Part shown: positions 20,097 through 30,616 of the stretch, piece by piece
How the letters are laid out: each line of letters opens with the position of its first letter
How positions within the stretch are numbered: the first letter of the stretch is position 1
IMG/VR virus record: IMGVR_UViG_3300042514_000542
Span: 142,591 to 206,590 of that record
Length of the DNA stretch: 64,000 bases
Reading direction: 5' to 3' (one strand)
Position numbers and translations under genes: made by a program
The notes under the pieces: generated by a model
What the model saw: the letters and a program-made list of their open reading frames with translations, nothing else
The model's database searches: none
What the model was told of the DNA's origin: nothing

Positions 20097-21413
20097 TTAC
20101 GATGCTTTTGCAAGTCTTTCTAAAAAGTTTAAATCTTCCTCACCCATACATTCCTCTTCTTCGTCACTCTGGACAATAGTGAGTGTCGTATATGTAATTT
20201 TCATAGCCTGAACGATTTTTTTAGGTCCATATCTATTCTTAGCTAGACCAAATCTAATTATTCCCATCTCTTGATCTTCTTCTTCTTGGAAAAGTGATAT
20301 AATTACATCGGCTACAGCCGCAATTGCTATACTTTCCCCAATACTATCCATTCCGGGGGCTGTTTGCTTACCATAAGCTGAACGTGTAAACTGAACTGCT
20401 GAAATAAATGGAATCTTAAAGACATATGACAATGCCCTCACTTGCTCACAGATGTATTTCCCACGCTCGTAGGAGTTAGTTCCTCTATCAGTGTGTAGAA
20501 GCGTTAGATAATCGATTACAACGGCATCTAAATGGACACCACCATCAATAAGTTTCTTAATAAATGCCGAAATTTGATTCGGAGACATCGTGGAAGGTGG
20601 AAATTCCTTGATATAAATCTTTCCACTTTTCTTTTCTTCCTCTTCTAGAGCAAATCTTAGTGTGTGAACATCTTCCTTGAAATTACTTAAGGGAATTTTG
20701 GTCACATTGGATGCAATTCTCTTAGCATACAACATTTCAGACATTTCCAAGGTAATAACAAGAACATTCTTACCTTGTTCAGCTATATTCTTGGCTGCAT
20801 TTCCAAGAACTATACTTTTACCAATATTTGCCTCGCCACCATAGATATATAAGGCTTTTCCATCTCTTCTATATCCACCACCAAGGTTTTTATCCACCCA
20901 CTCCCATCCAGAAGAGATGTGAATGTCTTCATTTAGAACATCTTCGATGATTTTCTCTTTATCACCAAATAATTCGATACCTCTATCAGAATCTAGGCAA
21001 ATTTTACATATATCCTCAAATGCTTCTAATACTTCAGAAGGATTCTTAACTTTCTTCTCCGAATTCTCTGCAATATCTAGAATATTGCACCAAGTAGCAC
21101 GTTCTTTAAGGAATCTTTCAGTATTTTCATACAATTCATCCTTATCATAGAGCTTATCCATCGTTTTGAATGACTCTACAAGCTTTTTAAAGTCATTTCT
21201 TTGCCCCTCGGTCGTCAAATAGGGCTTTATTTCGGTTATTGTTGGTAATTTTTGACGTTTATCGTAAAAATCCTTAACAATTTGGAAATAATTAGCAATA
21301 TTTGGCTGCTCAAAGTATTCAGGTTTGACATAATCAGCAATAGAAGTCAAATATGTGGAGTCCGTCATAGCTTTATAGGCTATGATTTGCTCATATTCAG
21401 TTAGGTCGATCAT
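20097..21413 (-). CDS. gp41: Replicative DnaB-like helicase (gp41-like)
   Basis: GEANIGKS, TLEMSE, VVIDY, SAVQFTR, KNRYG. Confidence 0.93.
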   Translation of the reverse strand: MIDLTEYEQIIAYKAMTDSTYLTSIADYVKPEYFEQPNIANYFQIVKDFYDKRQKLPTITEIKPYLTTEGQRNDFKKLVESFKTMDKLYDKDELYENTERFLKERATWCNILDIAENSEKKVKNPSEVLEAFEDICKICLDSDRGIELFGDKEKIIEDVLNEDIHISSGWEWVDKNLGGGYRRDGKALYIYGGEANIGKSIVLGNAAKNIAEQGKNVLVITLEMSEMLYAKRIASNVTKIPLSNFKEDVHTLRFALEEEEKKSGKIYIKEFPPSTMSPNQISAFIKKLIDGGVHLDAVVIDYLTLLHTDRGTNSYERGKYICEQVRALSYVFKIPFISAVQFTRSAYGKQTAPGMDSIGESIAIAAVADVIISLFQEEEDQEMGIIRFGLAKNRYGPKKIVQAMKITYTTLTIVQSDEEEECMGEEDLNFLERLAKAS

Positions 21414-21571
21414 TTACGAACAGCTAATATAATTTTACCACCTCTAGTCAACTCAATTGCTATATGTTTTATATCTTTACTATAATAATTAGGATGGATT
21501 AATATCATTTTATCGTTATAAATTACATATTGATAACCCACCTCTTCGATAATCTCATATTCTTTTATCAT
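21410..21571 (-). CDS. Small hypothetical protein
   Basis: ATGA-coupled between the GT and the helicase. Confidence 0.45.
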   Translation of the reverse strand: MIKEYEIIEEVGYQYVIYNDKMILIHPNYYSKDIKHIAIELTRGGKIILAVRK

Positions 21572-22266
21572 TTGTATTTTTCTAAAAAGTATTTTTCTCC
21601 AGCTTTCCACTCATCGGTGAACTCTCGCAACCCCGGAGACTCATGTGTGATCAAAATATCACCAACGCCAACTCTACCACCCTTTAAATGGAAGTCAAGC
21701 GATGCCAGCAAGTCATAAAAATGGAATTTTGATGGACAATCCTCATCAAACCTCATTTCTTCCATAGCCTTTCTATTAAGTGCCATGAAAACACCATCAA
21801 TCATAACAACTTTGTGTGGATATTTTCCAAAAGTTGATGCAGGTTTTACCACTTCTTCATATTGACATCCATAAAAAGCAGTATCGTTTTTAACTAAATG
21901 TTGAACACATCCATGTAAGTGACCACCTTGGAATCCTCCACCCATCAAATGCCACAAAGCAGGACTCTTAAGTTCAATTTTGGATGCTCCAGCAACCCCA
22001 ACCAAATCATAATCATCAAATAACTTCTCAAGTTTTGGAATTGGGTCTTCCTCAAGGATAACATCGTCGTGAACTAGAATTAAACAGTCTCTATTCTCTT
22101 CCAATGCTTCGTCAATAGCCTGATTATATCTTTTAGCTAAGGATTCTGTATTATTTAAATGTGTCTGGCAAAGTAATTCATATCTCCAAATACTTTCATT
22201 CAATGTATAGTCTTTAAATTTGGATTTTTGAGTGCAACACACCACTTTTGCGTTTTTGATCTCCAT
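21568..22266 (-). CDS. GT-A glycosyltransferase (StrF/GT2-like)
   Basis: SLAKRYN, LVHDDV, VGVAG, IDGVFMA, FHFYD, HES; start reassigned to MEIKN. Confidence 0.8.
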   Translation of the reverse strand: MEIKNAKVVCCTQKSKFKDYTLNESIWRYELLCQTHLNNTESLAKRYNQAIDEALEENRDCLILVHDDVILEEDPIPKLEKLFDDYDLVGVAGASKIELKSPALWHLMGGGFQGGHLHGCVQHLVKNDTAFYGCQYEEVVKPASTFGKYPHKVVMIDGVFMALNRKAMEEMRFDEDCPSKFHFYDLLASLDFHLKGGRVGVGDILITHESPGLREFTDEWKAGEKYFLEKYK

Positions 22267-22271
22267 ATCTG

Positions 22272-22299
22272 ACAGTATCACAGATAAATCCACAGTCAA
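22272..22299 (-). promoter_or_regulatory. Sigma70-type promoter for the GT-helicase operon
   Basis: TTGACT-N16-TACTGT with extended TG, 5 nt before ATG. Confidence 0.55.
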
Positions 22300-22314
22300 C
22301 AGATAAATATAGTT

Positions 22315-24306
22315 ATGACTAAATATGGATTTGACTATTTTACCAAACGTGCAGAACTCTTAACAGAGATGGCTAGAACGACTACCCGCTATAATGGGTT
22401 GAATGTTGGAGGTGAATATGATTATGATTTCGTTGCTCTTAGAGCGAAAGTGTTGAATGCTATTAAAAGTGGAATGTCCCCGCATAATGCGTCAGATCCG
22501 TTGGTAGATGAAGACGGGAAAACTGCAACAGGTGTGGTTGATGGATCTCAATATAGATCATTGATATACATGTTTTCTAAAGTGTATAATACGATATTAG
22601 ATAATGAAGAGTTTGATATCGATGCCGATGTTGAATTTGAAAATGCTAAGGGTTTACTATCATCGGACATATCCAAACTGCCAGTTAGCGAAGATGTTCA
22701 CGCGATTATATATGAAATACAAAATCAAATCAAGGAAAATGGTATTAAATTAGATAAACCTACATTAGATAATGTAACTAGAGAAATTATATCAAAATAC
22801 GTTCCAAATATTGCGGAAATTTTAAAGGCTCATGATAGTGGAGATAAGAATTCGGGAATAGAAGAGCTTCCTGTAATTCCCGTTGATATTTATCGAGATC
22901 CCTCAAGGTTCTTATCATCTTTATTTGAAATCCGTAATTCTAAAACCACTAGTGGTAGAAAAGTAGTCGATGACCCCAATAAAAAACCCGGAAAACAACC
23001 CACTCTTATAGAAGAATATACTAAAAAAATGCAATCTTTGGCAAGGAAAATATATAAACAATATGTCGAAAACCCCAAAAAAGCACCAAGCGGTCCAGAA
23101 ATTTTTGAAGCTGCCACTATCGTCCTCATAAAAAAGCATCCGGAATTAATTTTCGATAAATCATTTGTAAATTCCGTATTAGATCCTGTAAATATTGCCA
23201 CTTTTATCAATAAAGGGGAGTCAGGTGAGGGGATTGTCGTACTGGATCATGAAACATCAAAACTGGCAGCAAGAAATATTGGTGAAATGTATGGTATAAA
23301 CGCTAAATCTTATAATGAGTTGATGTCGAAGTCTAGAAAGGTCAGAACACAATTAAGTTATCTATCTCGCGCAGATGCAAAGAGAAAAGTGAAAACTTCC
23401 CCGACTGTAGAAAAAAAATCAAGTCCCGATAAATTAGATAATTTACATACCCAAAACGTAGATAACATTCTTACTATATTACTAGCTTTAAAAGAAGACA
23501 AGATCGACTTGGATGAACAGATTGAAATTAAGAGTGAATTATTTAAGGACCCTTACGATGTGATCCTAACAATACATGACGAAACAGACGTTCCAATAAA
23601 GTGGATAACATCAATGATGAAGCTCAAGGGTACACAAGTTATCGACAGATTATACGATGTTTTTCTTACATTAGAAAATGTAGGAATTGATATTGACACT
23701 TTTAATGAAAATATGGAGGAGTTAAAATCAAAAAAACCAGAATTGGTGGGGTTTATCGATATTTTCACTAAAGACGTTTCACTAAAAATAAAAGCAGATA
23801 CTCCAAAGTCGAATGTCCTTAGTTTTCCGGGATTCGCCCAAGAACATATTGAAAAAGTTCTCGATACTCCAGAAAAGAAAAACATCTTCTCCACTTATTA
23901 TAATTATATCTATGTTAAAGATTTGAAGCGAGCAGCCGCAGAAGTTCAGCAAAAATTAGACGTTGATGCAGGTAAAGAAGTTGTGGGAAAACCAGTTACC
24001 CTATATGCTATGCGTCAAGCTGAAAAGAATTTCCAAAAGAGTAGTGGTAAGTTTGGTAATAGGGGTGAAAATATGGAACGTGAGGCAGAACTAGCTAAAC
24101 GTGAGAAGGACAAAGAATTTAAAAAGGATCAAAATAAACTAAGCAAGGGGATACAAGATATAATCGGTAAACCTCTACGCAACGAATCATATGTTATGAA
24201 TTATATGACAGAACAATTCCAAAAAGATAGGTTCAAAACCAAAGGTGAATTTAAAGATCGTGGATACAAAAAACCAACCAATTACTGGCAAGGTAGAAAC
24301 CTATGA
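22315..24306 (+). CDS. Large late protein, candidate internal (ejected) virion protein
   Basis: Leader ending LLTE-MAR; TAAATA 5 nt upstream. Confidence 0.6.
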   Translation: MTKYGFDYFTKRAELLTEMARTTTRYNGLNVGGEYDYDFVALRAKVLNAIKSGMSPHNASDPLVDEDGKTATGVVDGSQYRSLIYMFSKVYNTILDNEEFDIDADVEFENAKGLLSSDISKLPVSEDVHAIIYEIQNQIKENGIKLDKPTLDNVTREIISKYVPNIAEILKAHDSGDKNSGIEELPVIPVDIYRDPSRFLSSLFEIRNSKTTSGRKVVDDPNKKPGKQPTLIEEYTKKMQSLARKIYKQYVENPKKAPSGPEIFEAATIVLIKKHPELIFDKSFVNSVLDPVNIATFINKGESGEGIVVLDHETSKLAARNIGEMYGINAKSYNELMSKSRKVRTQLSYLSRADAKRKVKTSPTVEKKSSPDKLDNLHTQNVDNILTILLALKEDKIDLDEQIEIKSELFKDPYDVILTIHDETDVPIKWITSMMKLKGTQVIDRLYDVFLTLENVGIDIDTFNENMEELKSKKPELVGFIDIFTKDVSLKIKADTPKSNVLSFPGFAQEHIEKVLDTPEKKNIFSTYYNYIYVKDLKRAAAEVQQKLDVDAGKEVVGKPVTLYAMRQAEKNFQKSSGKFGNRGENMEREAELAKREKDKEFKKDQNKLSKGIQDIIGKPLRNESYVMNYMTEQFQKDRFKTKGEFKDRGYKKPTNYWQGRNL

Positions 24307-25070
24307 ACGAATTCATAAATTTATATAAATCTCTAATGTTGGAGATGGCTAGACCCTCATCACTTGGGCCAAAAATGTTGGGTGATGAATTATTCAAAAA
24401 ATTCAACACATTATTAGCTGAAGTTAATGATAGGTTCAAGTATGGCGTTCACAAATATCCAGAACTAGTAGACTTTAAAGGGGAAGAAGCATATGGTCTA
24501 CACGATAAAGTTTTACAAGAGAGGAAACTTAGATATTTCTTTTTTTGTTTAAACAAAAACTATAAAAATTTAGATTATAAAGAAGAAATTACCATGGATA
24601 ATGAGAGAGCTAGATCCATAGGCGAAATGACACAATACTGTAAACAAAAAGGAATACATTATAGTCTCGGATCAATTAGAATGACCACTTCTGCTATTTT
24701 TGAAAAAATAAAAGACGATGAGAAGTGGTTTTTGTCAAAAAACTTCCAAAAGATATTATTAGATCCTAAACTTATGGCTAGTTATATGAATGCTTCGAGG
24801 GAGACATTTAACCAATCATCTATAAATGCCGCAGCAAAACGTGAGAAAGAGGGTGGAATGGGTATACGAGATCTAGATAAATTCAGGGCAGAATACCGTG
24901 ATGTAGATAAAGCATTAAGTTACAAGGAGAGGGGTACGGGTCTTAAACAAAAAGCCGCAGAAAAAAGAGAAAAGATTGAAACTCTTCGTAAGAAAAAAGA
25001 GATGGCTAATGCGAAGCGTAAACAGACATGGGCTAATAAGAAACTAAACAAAAAAACCCAAGGAATTTAA
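24303..25070 (+). CDS. Basic late protein, partial paralogue of the upstream gene
   Basis: LMLE-MAR leader; FQKILLDPKLMASYMN resembles FVNSVLDPVNIATFIN. Confidence 0.6.
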   Translation: MNEFINLYKSLMLEMARPSSLGPKMLGDELFKKFNTLLAEVNDRFKYGVHKYPELVDFKGEEAYGLHDKVLQERKLRYFFFCLNKNYKNLDYKEEITMDNERARSIGEMTQYCKQKGIHYSLGSIRMTTSAIFEKIKDDEKWFLSKNFQKILLDPKLMASYMNASRETFNQSSINAAAKREKEGGMGIRDLDKFRAEYRDVDKALSYKERGTGLKQKAAEKREKIETLRKKKEMANAKRKQTWANKKLNKKTQGI

Positions 25071-25082
25071 TCCTTGGGTTTT
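25053..25082. terminator. Intrinsic terminator between convergent genes, probably bidirectional
   Basis: aaaacccaagga-atttaa-tccttgggtttt: 12-bp stem with A and T tails. Confidence 0.8.
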
Positions 25083-25096
25083 CTCTATTTTAAAGA

Positions 25097-26305
25097 TTAA
25101 GACTCATCGTCATCTTCTTCCTCGATCTCATCAATCTTCTTAGAAACCTTTTTCTTAAGATTTTTTAAAGCATCCAAAGGGTTGTCACATTGAACTTCTT
25201 CATCAGGGGAATCCTCTTCGTCATCATCTTCGGGTGGTGCTTCCTCATTGGAATACTTCCACTCATCCTGAATACGGTTCTCAAGTTCTGGTAGAAGTTT
25301 TTTCCAGACAGCTTTATCCTTTCTCCAAGACTTATAATATCCAAGAGATTCACCGTTCCAATCCTTATATGTTTTACCATCAAGAACAACAACACCAAGA
25401 CCTCTCATAATCTCAAGAAGACCATAATACTTATCTAGTCCAGTCGCAAAGGATAGGTATAGTTCAGCTTCAAGGAATTGTTTGATGAAGCGATTCTTAA
25501 CAGTTAAGCATCGTAGGATAACACCAGAGAAACTTTTCTGACCAGCAGCAAGAGTATTATCTACTGTTTTACCATCATCATCCTTCATAGGCTTCCTAGC
25601 CAATTGAACAGTTACAGACGGTTTGTAAATTGCAGCACGACCTCCAGGCATGTTCTTCTCAAGAGAAGGATACATCGCACTAGGATCATCATATACCTCA
25701 TTGGTTAGAACAATAGTAGTCTTGGTGATTTTACCCCAGTTAACACATGTCTTAAGGAATGACTTAATAGACTTAGCAAATGTCCCCATGTCGGCAGCAG
25801 TAGAATCTTTTTCCATTCTAGCTTCTCCAAGTTCTGATTCCATTTGCGCCATTGAATCAACCACGATAAGGAATTCACCTTGTCTACCAGTTTCGGCAAC
25901 TTTCTTAAGAAACTTATTGATGGCATTTCGAGTGTTCTCAATAGTGGTTGTTGGAACATACTTAACTTTAGTTGGATCAATTCCAAACCCAATAGCACCT
26001 TCCGCATCAATAGCATTCTCACTATCAAAAACCACAACATACTTACCCATCTTTTGAGCAGATGCGATTATCTTCTGAATAAAGAATGTTTTACCAGTCA
26101 TAGATGGTCCAGCAAATTGAATCACTCGACCACAAGGCACACCCTTATACATAGAACCGGAAATAATAGCATTGAGTGCTAGTGATCCAGTGTCAATCCA
26201 TTCATCAACATTAGAAAATGTTGACTCGCTCAAGTAAGTCGAATAGGGATTGACCGAATCGATCTCATCCATCAGCTTACGCATATCTTTTTCGTTTTTA
26301 TTCAT
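25097..26305 (-). CDS. uvsX: RecA-like recombinase UvsX
   Basis: DTGSLALN, GPSMTGKT, FDSE, VVDS, PGG, KNRF; start placed at MNKNEK. Confidence 0.93.
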   Translation of the reverse strand: MNKNEKDMRKLMDEIDSVNPYSTYLSESTFSNVDEWIDTGSLALNAIISGSMYKGVPCGRVIQFAGPSMTGKTFFIQKIIASAQKMGKYVVVFDSENAIDAEGAIGFGIDPTKVKYVPTTTIENTRNAINKFLKKVAETGRQGEFLIVVDSMAQMESELGEARMEKDSTAADMGTFAKSIKSFLKTCVNWGKITKTTIVLTNEVYDDPSAMYPSLEKNMPGGRAAIYKPSVTVQLARKPMKDDDGKTVDNTLAAGQKSFSGVILRCLTVKNRFIKQFLEAELYLSFATGLDKYYGLLEIMRGLGVVVLDGKTYKDWNGESLGYYKSWRKDKAVWKKLLPELENRIQDEWKYSNEEAPPEDDDEEDSPDEEVQCDNPLDALKNLKKKVSKKIDEIEEEDDDES

Positions 26306-26310
26306 AAATT

Positions 26311-26514
26311 TTAGCAAAGGTATTGTGAGTGTGTTGAAAGTCCTGTGAATTTGGTATCTAGAAATTGCCACCCCAAATCTACATTGGGTGTAACTTTTTT
26401 CATAACTAAGCCAATATGTTGTTTAATAACTATTACCTGTTCTTCCGTTAAAGTATCGCTATGGGTCAGTTCGAAATAGCCTTGTAACCAGTATACAAAA
26501 TTTTCAGGTGTCAT
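26311..26514 (-). CDS. Small conserved phage protein
   Basis: MTPENFVYWLQGYFE motif, common in phage hypothetical proteins. Confidence 0.7.
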   Translation of the reverse strand: MTPENFVYWLQGYFELTHSDTLTEEQVIVIKQHIGLVMKKVTPNVDLGWQFLDTKFTGLSTHSQYLC

Positions 26515-26810
26515 AATACAATTGTTGCAATGATTGTTTCAAGTTTTTGATTACGTCCTATAACTCTATTCTCAATCTCAGACAATGCACCACATAGCTC
26601 GGTTCTATATCCCACTGGTTGGGCTATTTTAGCATTACAATCGGTAGATATAGGTAGGGATTCCAAAATTGGTCCAAGTTTATATTCGAGTTTCGTCAAA
26701 AGATCTTCATTGCGAGCCAATAGCTCATAGATAATTTCAATTTTATAAAAGACTTCGGACTCGGATTTGGGGATGCCTTTCGCACACTCATCATAAGTAT
26801 AATCTTTCAT
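26511..26810 (-). CDS. Hypothetical protein
   Basis: 99 aa within the operon. Confidence 0.55.
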   Translation of the reverse strand: MKDYTYDECAKGIPKSESEVFYKIEIIYELLARNEDLLTKLEYKLGPILESLPISTDCNAKIAQPVGYRTELCGALSEIENRVIGRNQKLETIIATIVL

Positions 26811-26811
26811 A

Positions 26812-27165
26812 TTAAAGGTCGTTGATTGAAATTACTTTAGGGTTGTTTTGAACCTCTACTTTAGGTTCAGGTGGTGTGTTAATAGCAGCATATCTACTAA
26901 GAATATCCGCATTTAGCTCAATATTACTAACCGTGATAGCCGACTTATTATAAGTCCAAGAATTTTTCTCTCTACTACCCTTTTCTAATAGTTCGAAGAA
27001 GAACAGAGGGTATAGTTGTAGTTCCAACTGACCAGTCTGAGAAGGTTGGAAATGGACAATAATTGGATTATCCAATGTGAGTTCGGCTGAAGTGTTGGAG
27101 GTTTCAATTCCAAGAATGGTTCTACCGATTTGATCGATGATTACAGTGTGTTTTACGTCTTGCAT
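26812..27165 (-). CDS. Hypothetical protein, possible Sm-like fold
   Basis: TILG...LTLDNPIIV...LYP pattern; start placed at MQDVKH. Confidence 0.55.
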   Translation of the reverse strand: MQDVKHTVIIDQIGRTILGIETSNTSAELTLDNPIIVHFQPSQTGQLELQLYPLFFFELLEKGSREKNSWTYNKSAITVSNIELNADILSRYAAINTPPEPKVEVQNNPKVISINDL

Positions 27166-27169
27166 ACAG

Positions 27170-27547
27170 TTATAATTTATCATCATATGAGATAATGTCA
27201 ACCTTTAAATTCCTTAAAAATTCCTTAGCCTTCTTTGCAATTCTACTTCTAGCCTTCGCACCAACTAGCCCTTTGTTGAACTCCACTATCTCCAAAATGG
27301 ATTTATCAATTTCTGTCATAGACTCAATATCCACTTCGTCTCCTCTCAAGAAATCTAAAACGAAATCATAATTTCTAGATGTTGTAATTGGTGTCGATTG
27401 AATTGTCAAAATCCTTTGTCTAATTTCTTCCATTGCTGGATTATTAAATGGTGGTGTGTCATTACCATCCAATGCACTGGTTAGTTTTTCGATTGCTTCT
27501 TTCTCCGCAACATCCAACCCTTTAATATAAGCCTCCTGTATATTCAT
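27170..27547 (-). CDS. Hypothetical protein
   Basis: 125 aa, directly after the polymerase. Confidence 0.55.
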   Translation of the reverse strand: MNIQEAYIKGLDVAEKEAIEKLTSALDGNDTPPFNNPAMEEIRQRILTIQSTPITTSRNYDFVLDFLRGDEVDIESMTEIDKSILEIVEFNKGLVGAKARSRIAKKAKEFLRNLKVDIISYDDKL

Positions 27548-27549
27548 AA

Positions 27550-30120
27550 TTAACTAAAAAAATCTTCAAGTTCAATCTTTACATTCTCATTAGGTTTGCG
27601 TAACTTCCAATTAACAGCTTTATAAAAAACCTCAATCGATTTATACAATAGATTACCAAACATTTTCTCATAGTCAATCTCAAATATTTCGGAGAATTCG
27701 TGTGGATATTTACCCTTAAATCCGATAACACTTATCCCATATTTATTTGGCGTTTTCAAATAAAGCCTTTTAACTTTATCACCAGATTTAAATTTTTCAT
27801 ACTTATTAGATATACCCAATTCATCCACTAAGGTATCGTGAAAATGTGCAGCCCCAACATGGTTTGGAACTGATGGTTTACCTTTGGTGAGGACATATCC
27901 ATTCATTCTAGGTTTATGTTTATCATAATCACTCATGGAACAGTTCATATAAATTGAATCAATATCAAGACCTTTGAAAATCTCATAGGCATCCATGAAT
28001 TTAGCATTAGTGGTGGCCATTGATTGAGACATTACCATAGTCTCCATGATCGCTTTGACATATGGTTTAATTGCCTTGGGCATGGTTGTCTTAACAACCG
28101 ACACACCTTTATATTTGAACTTGTTGACTGCCATACCTTCATCATCAAGAATATGTAGCACATAATTCTTACCACTCACGAAAATAACATTATCACAAAT
28201 CGATTCGCGCTTGAATACAAATCGAGAATCCTTACTTAATAAAGATTTCACCGACCACAAATTCATACCATCATTCAGATAATTTTCGAACTTATCACAC
28301 AACTGAAAGAAATCGTCTGATATTTTCTCACCATCCTTTAGGACAATTCCAGCATCCTCAAATAATTTCATAGAGATGTAGATGGAATCAGTATCATTAT
28401 AAATCAATGCATTATCACATTTACCAGATAAATCTGGATAAAATTCCCCAACAAACCTCTCAAATAATTCATTACTCTTTTTGATGACAGCTTGACCCGT
28501 TAATGTTACTGAGCTACCAATTTCATCATCACCCAATGGTGCATACTTATTAGCACAATAGCCATAAGTGGAGTTGAGAGTAATTTTATAGGCATTTTGG
28601 AATGTATCGAACTTCTTAACTTGTGTTTTAAGTTCGGATATTTCTTTTTTGGAAAGCTTAGGATTTTCTAGGGCTTTCTTAGCTTGGAACATTTTACCCT
28701 TCATTTCTTTTCTCTTAGTATATAAGAAATCCAAGAATTCTGGCATAATTCCAACTTTCTTTTGTGAGAATAATACATTGGCTTTGGATAAGGATGCCTT
28801 TTCTTCCTTTAGAAAAGTTACAAAATTCTCCTTCGATAAATCAAAAGTTTTTCCTGATACATGTTTGATACTATAGATATCTCCAATTTTCTCCAAAGAG
28901 CCAAGTTTGGTTTCTGGTGACATGTTTAAAGATATCATAACACTTGGATACAGAGAGTTGGCATCAAAGCTCACTACATTTTGAGAAAATCCCAACTTGG
29001 GTTTAGCAACGTATCCACCGGGAATCTTTCCTTCGGTTTTTGGTCTAACAAAAGTTGGAATCTTCTCATCTCTATGTCTCGCACGTATCGCAACAGCACC
29101 ATTAATAACTGGAACTGTTTTAATGGCATTCTCAAGATTACATAACCCAAGGTATGCAATGAATCGTAATAGATCCAGATACTTCAACTCTTCATCCAAA
29201 TCGACAACTAGTTTAACGTCCTGAATGTTATAATCCACATAAGTTTCCCAATCCTTAACAGATAAATCCCAAAGTGACCCCTCATAAGAAACTTTCTGAT
29301 CATCCAATTCAACTTCACCAATATAATCAAGTTTATATGACTCTTGTGGTTCAAGTGCGAATTTTTTATAAAGAACCATGTAATCGATACATGAAATTCC
29401 TTCAATTACATACTCTGTAGTTGGCATTCCAAACTTTCCCGTAGAATTAACCTTTTCATAAATTCTCTCAATCGGAGATAACTTATCAGCCCACTCTTTT
29501 CCCAATTGAAAAGTAATTCTATTAACTAGATATGGTATATCGAACCCACTCGTATTCCATCCAACCAAACAGTCGGGAAAATCTGAAGAAAAGTGATTAA
29601 TAAATCTCTTTAGAAGATCTTCTTCTGACTTACAGTGATGATATTTTACGTTTTTTTCCTTCGGTTCGTAATTCTTTAACCCAAAAACTGTATATTTTTT
29701 AGATAATGAGTCATAACATGTCAATAAATTTATAACATTTTCTGCAAGTTTGGGTTCTGGAAACGCACCAACACCCGGACACTCAATGTCAAAATACATA
29801 ATCTTGAGAGGATGGGCAGCGAAGTCTTCATCTTCATTACAGTGATAGTAATTATCAATTAGGAATTGTTGGTATGGTGGAAGATTCTCAAAAATTCTTC
29901 TAATACCACTCTCATTAACGAATTTATCACGATCCCACTTAGTATTGAACTCGCGTTTGAGAATTGCGGTTCCATAAATGGATGTAGCATCCCCAACCTT
30001 GCTCTCCAAATACAAATATGGAAGGAAGTCCAACTCTTGAAAGACCCTGTTTCCAGAGGCATCCCAAGTCCAAAGATGCACACTTTTGGTTTTGTTGTTA
30101 TAGACGCAGTTACGATACAT
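27550..30120 (-). CDS. gp43: Family B DNA polymerase (gp43-like)
   Basis: Exo motifs FDIE, GWNTSGFD, YNIQD; Pol motifs SFDANSLYPS, KITLNSTYG, YNDTDS. Confidence 0.97.
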   Translation of the reverse strand: MYRNCVYNNKTKSVHLWTWDASGNRVFQELDFLPYLYLESKVGDATSIYGTAILKREFNTKWDRDKFVNESGIRRIFENLPPYQQFLIDNYYHCNEDEDFAAHPLKIMYFDIECPGVGAFPEPKLAENVINLLTCYDSLSKKYTVFGLKNYEPKEKNVKYHHCKSEEDLLKRFINHFSSDFPDCLVGWNTSGFDIPYLVNRITFQLGKEWADKLSPIERIYEKVNSTGKFGMPTTEYVIEGISCIDYMVLYKKFALEPQESYKLDYIGEVELDDQKVSYEGSLWDLSVKDWETYVDYNIQDVKLVVDLDEELKYLDLLRFIAYLGLCNLENAIKTVPVINGAVAIRARHRDEKIPTFVRPKTEGKIPGGYVAKPKLGFSQNVVSFDANSLYPSVMISLNMSPETKLGSLEKIGDIYSIKHVSGKTFDLSKENFVTFLKEEKASLSKANVLFSQKKVGIMPEFLDFLYTKRKEMKGKMFQAKKALENPKLSKKEISELKTQVKKFDTFQNAYKITLNSTYGYCANKYAPLGDDEIGSSVTLTGQAVIKKSNELFERFVGEFYPDLSGKCDNALIYNDTDSIYISMKLFEDAGIVLKDGEKISDDFFQLCDKFENYLNDGMNLWSVKSLLSKDSRFVFKRESICDNVIFVSGKNYVLHILDDEGMAVNKFKYKGVSVVKTTMPKAIKPYVKAIMETMVMSQSMATTNAKFMDAYEIFKGLDIDSIYMNCSMSDYDKHKPRMNGYVLTKGKPSVPNHVGAAHFHDTLVDELGISNKYEKFKSGDKVKRLYLKTPNKYGISVIGFKGKYPHEFSEIFEIDYEKMFGNLLYKSIEVFYKAVNWKLRKPNENVKIELEDFFS

Positions 30121-30129
30121 TACGAATTG

Positions 30130-30157
30130 AGAATATCACCACCAAGCAGGATGTCAA
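30130..30157 (-). promoter_or_regulatory. Sigma70-type promoter of the polymerase gene
   Basis: TTGACA-N16-TATTCT with extended TG, 9 nt before ATG. Confidence 0.6.
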
Positions 30158-30399
30158 CCAACCTGATCCTGAATATAGCTTAAATGTGCTGTGTCTCCAT
30201 TAACTCTACAGTTTAATTTCATACTACCTCTAATTCCTCGATCAACTTCGGCTACATTTTCACCAATAATTAATTTATACCCACGGTGAGTCGCTATATG
30301 TTCCCCATTCGGTAATACCCCATTAACTATTTTAACTTCCCACTCACCACTATACATTTCAAGTAATAGGTTTTGAATATTCGCAACATCCTTTTTCAT
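30154..30399 (-). CDS. Small late protein
   Basis: MKKDVANIQNLLLE leader; TAAATA 5 nt upstream. Confidence 0.6.
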   Translation of the reverse strand: MKKDVANIQNLLLEMYSGEWEVKIVNGVLPNGEHIATHRGYKLIIGENVAEVDRGIRGSMKLNCRVNGDTAHLSYIQDQVG

Positions 30400-30431
30400 A
30401 ACATTATTTATTCCACTTTTTCAAATAATGT

Positions 30432-30605
30432 TTATTTAATTGTCTGATTTGGTAAAAGCTCGATAATTGCTTTAAAGTCTTCTTTAAAATTTGGCAAATG
30501 TGCATATCCCTTTAATTCTCTATTATCGAATTCTTCATCCATTATACGTTGACCAATCTCAGCACGATCATCCATCTCTTTTAACAATTTCTCTATTTCA
30601 GTCAT
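30432..30605 (-). CDS. Small hypothetical protein
   Basis: TAAATA 5 nt before MTEIEK. Confidence 0.5.
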   Translation of the reverse strand: MTEIEKLLKEMDDRAEIGQRIMDEEFDNRELKGYAHLPNFKEDFKAIIELLPNQTIK

Positions 30606-30616
30606 AATGATATTTA

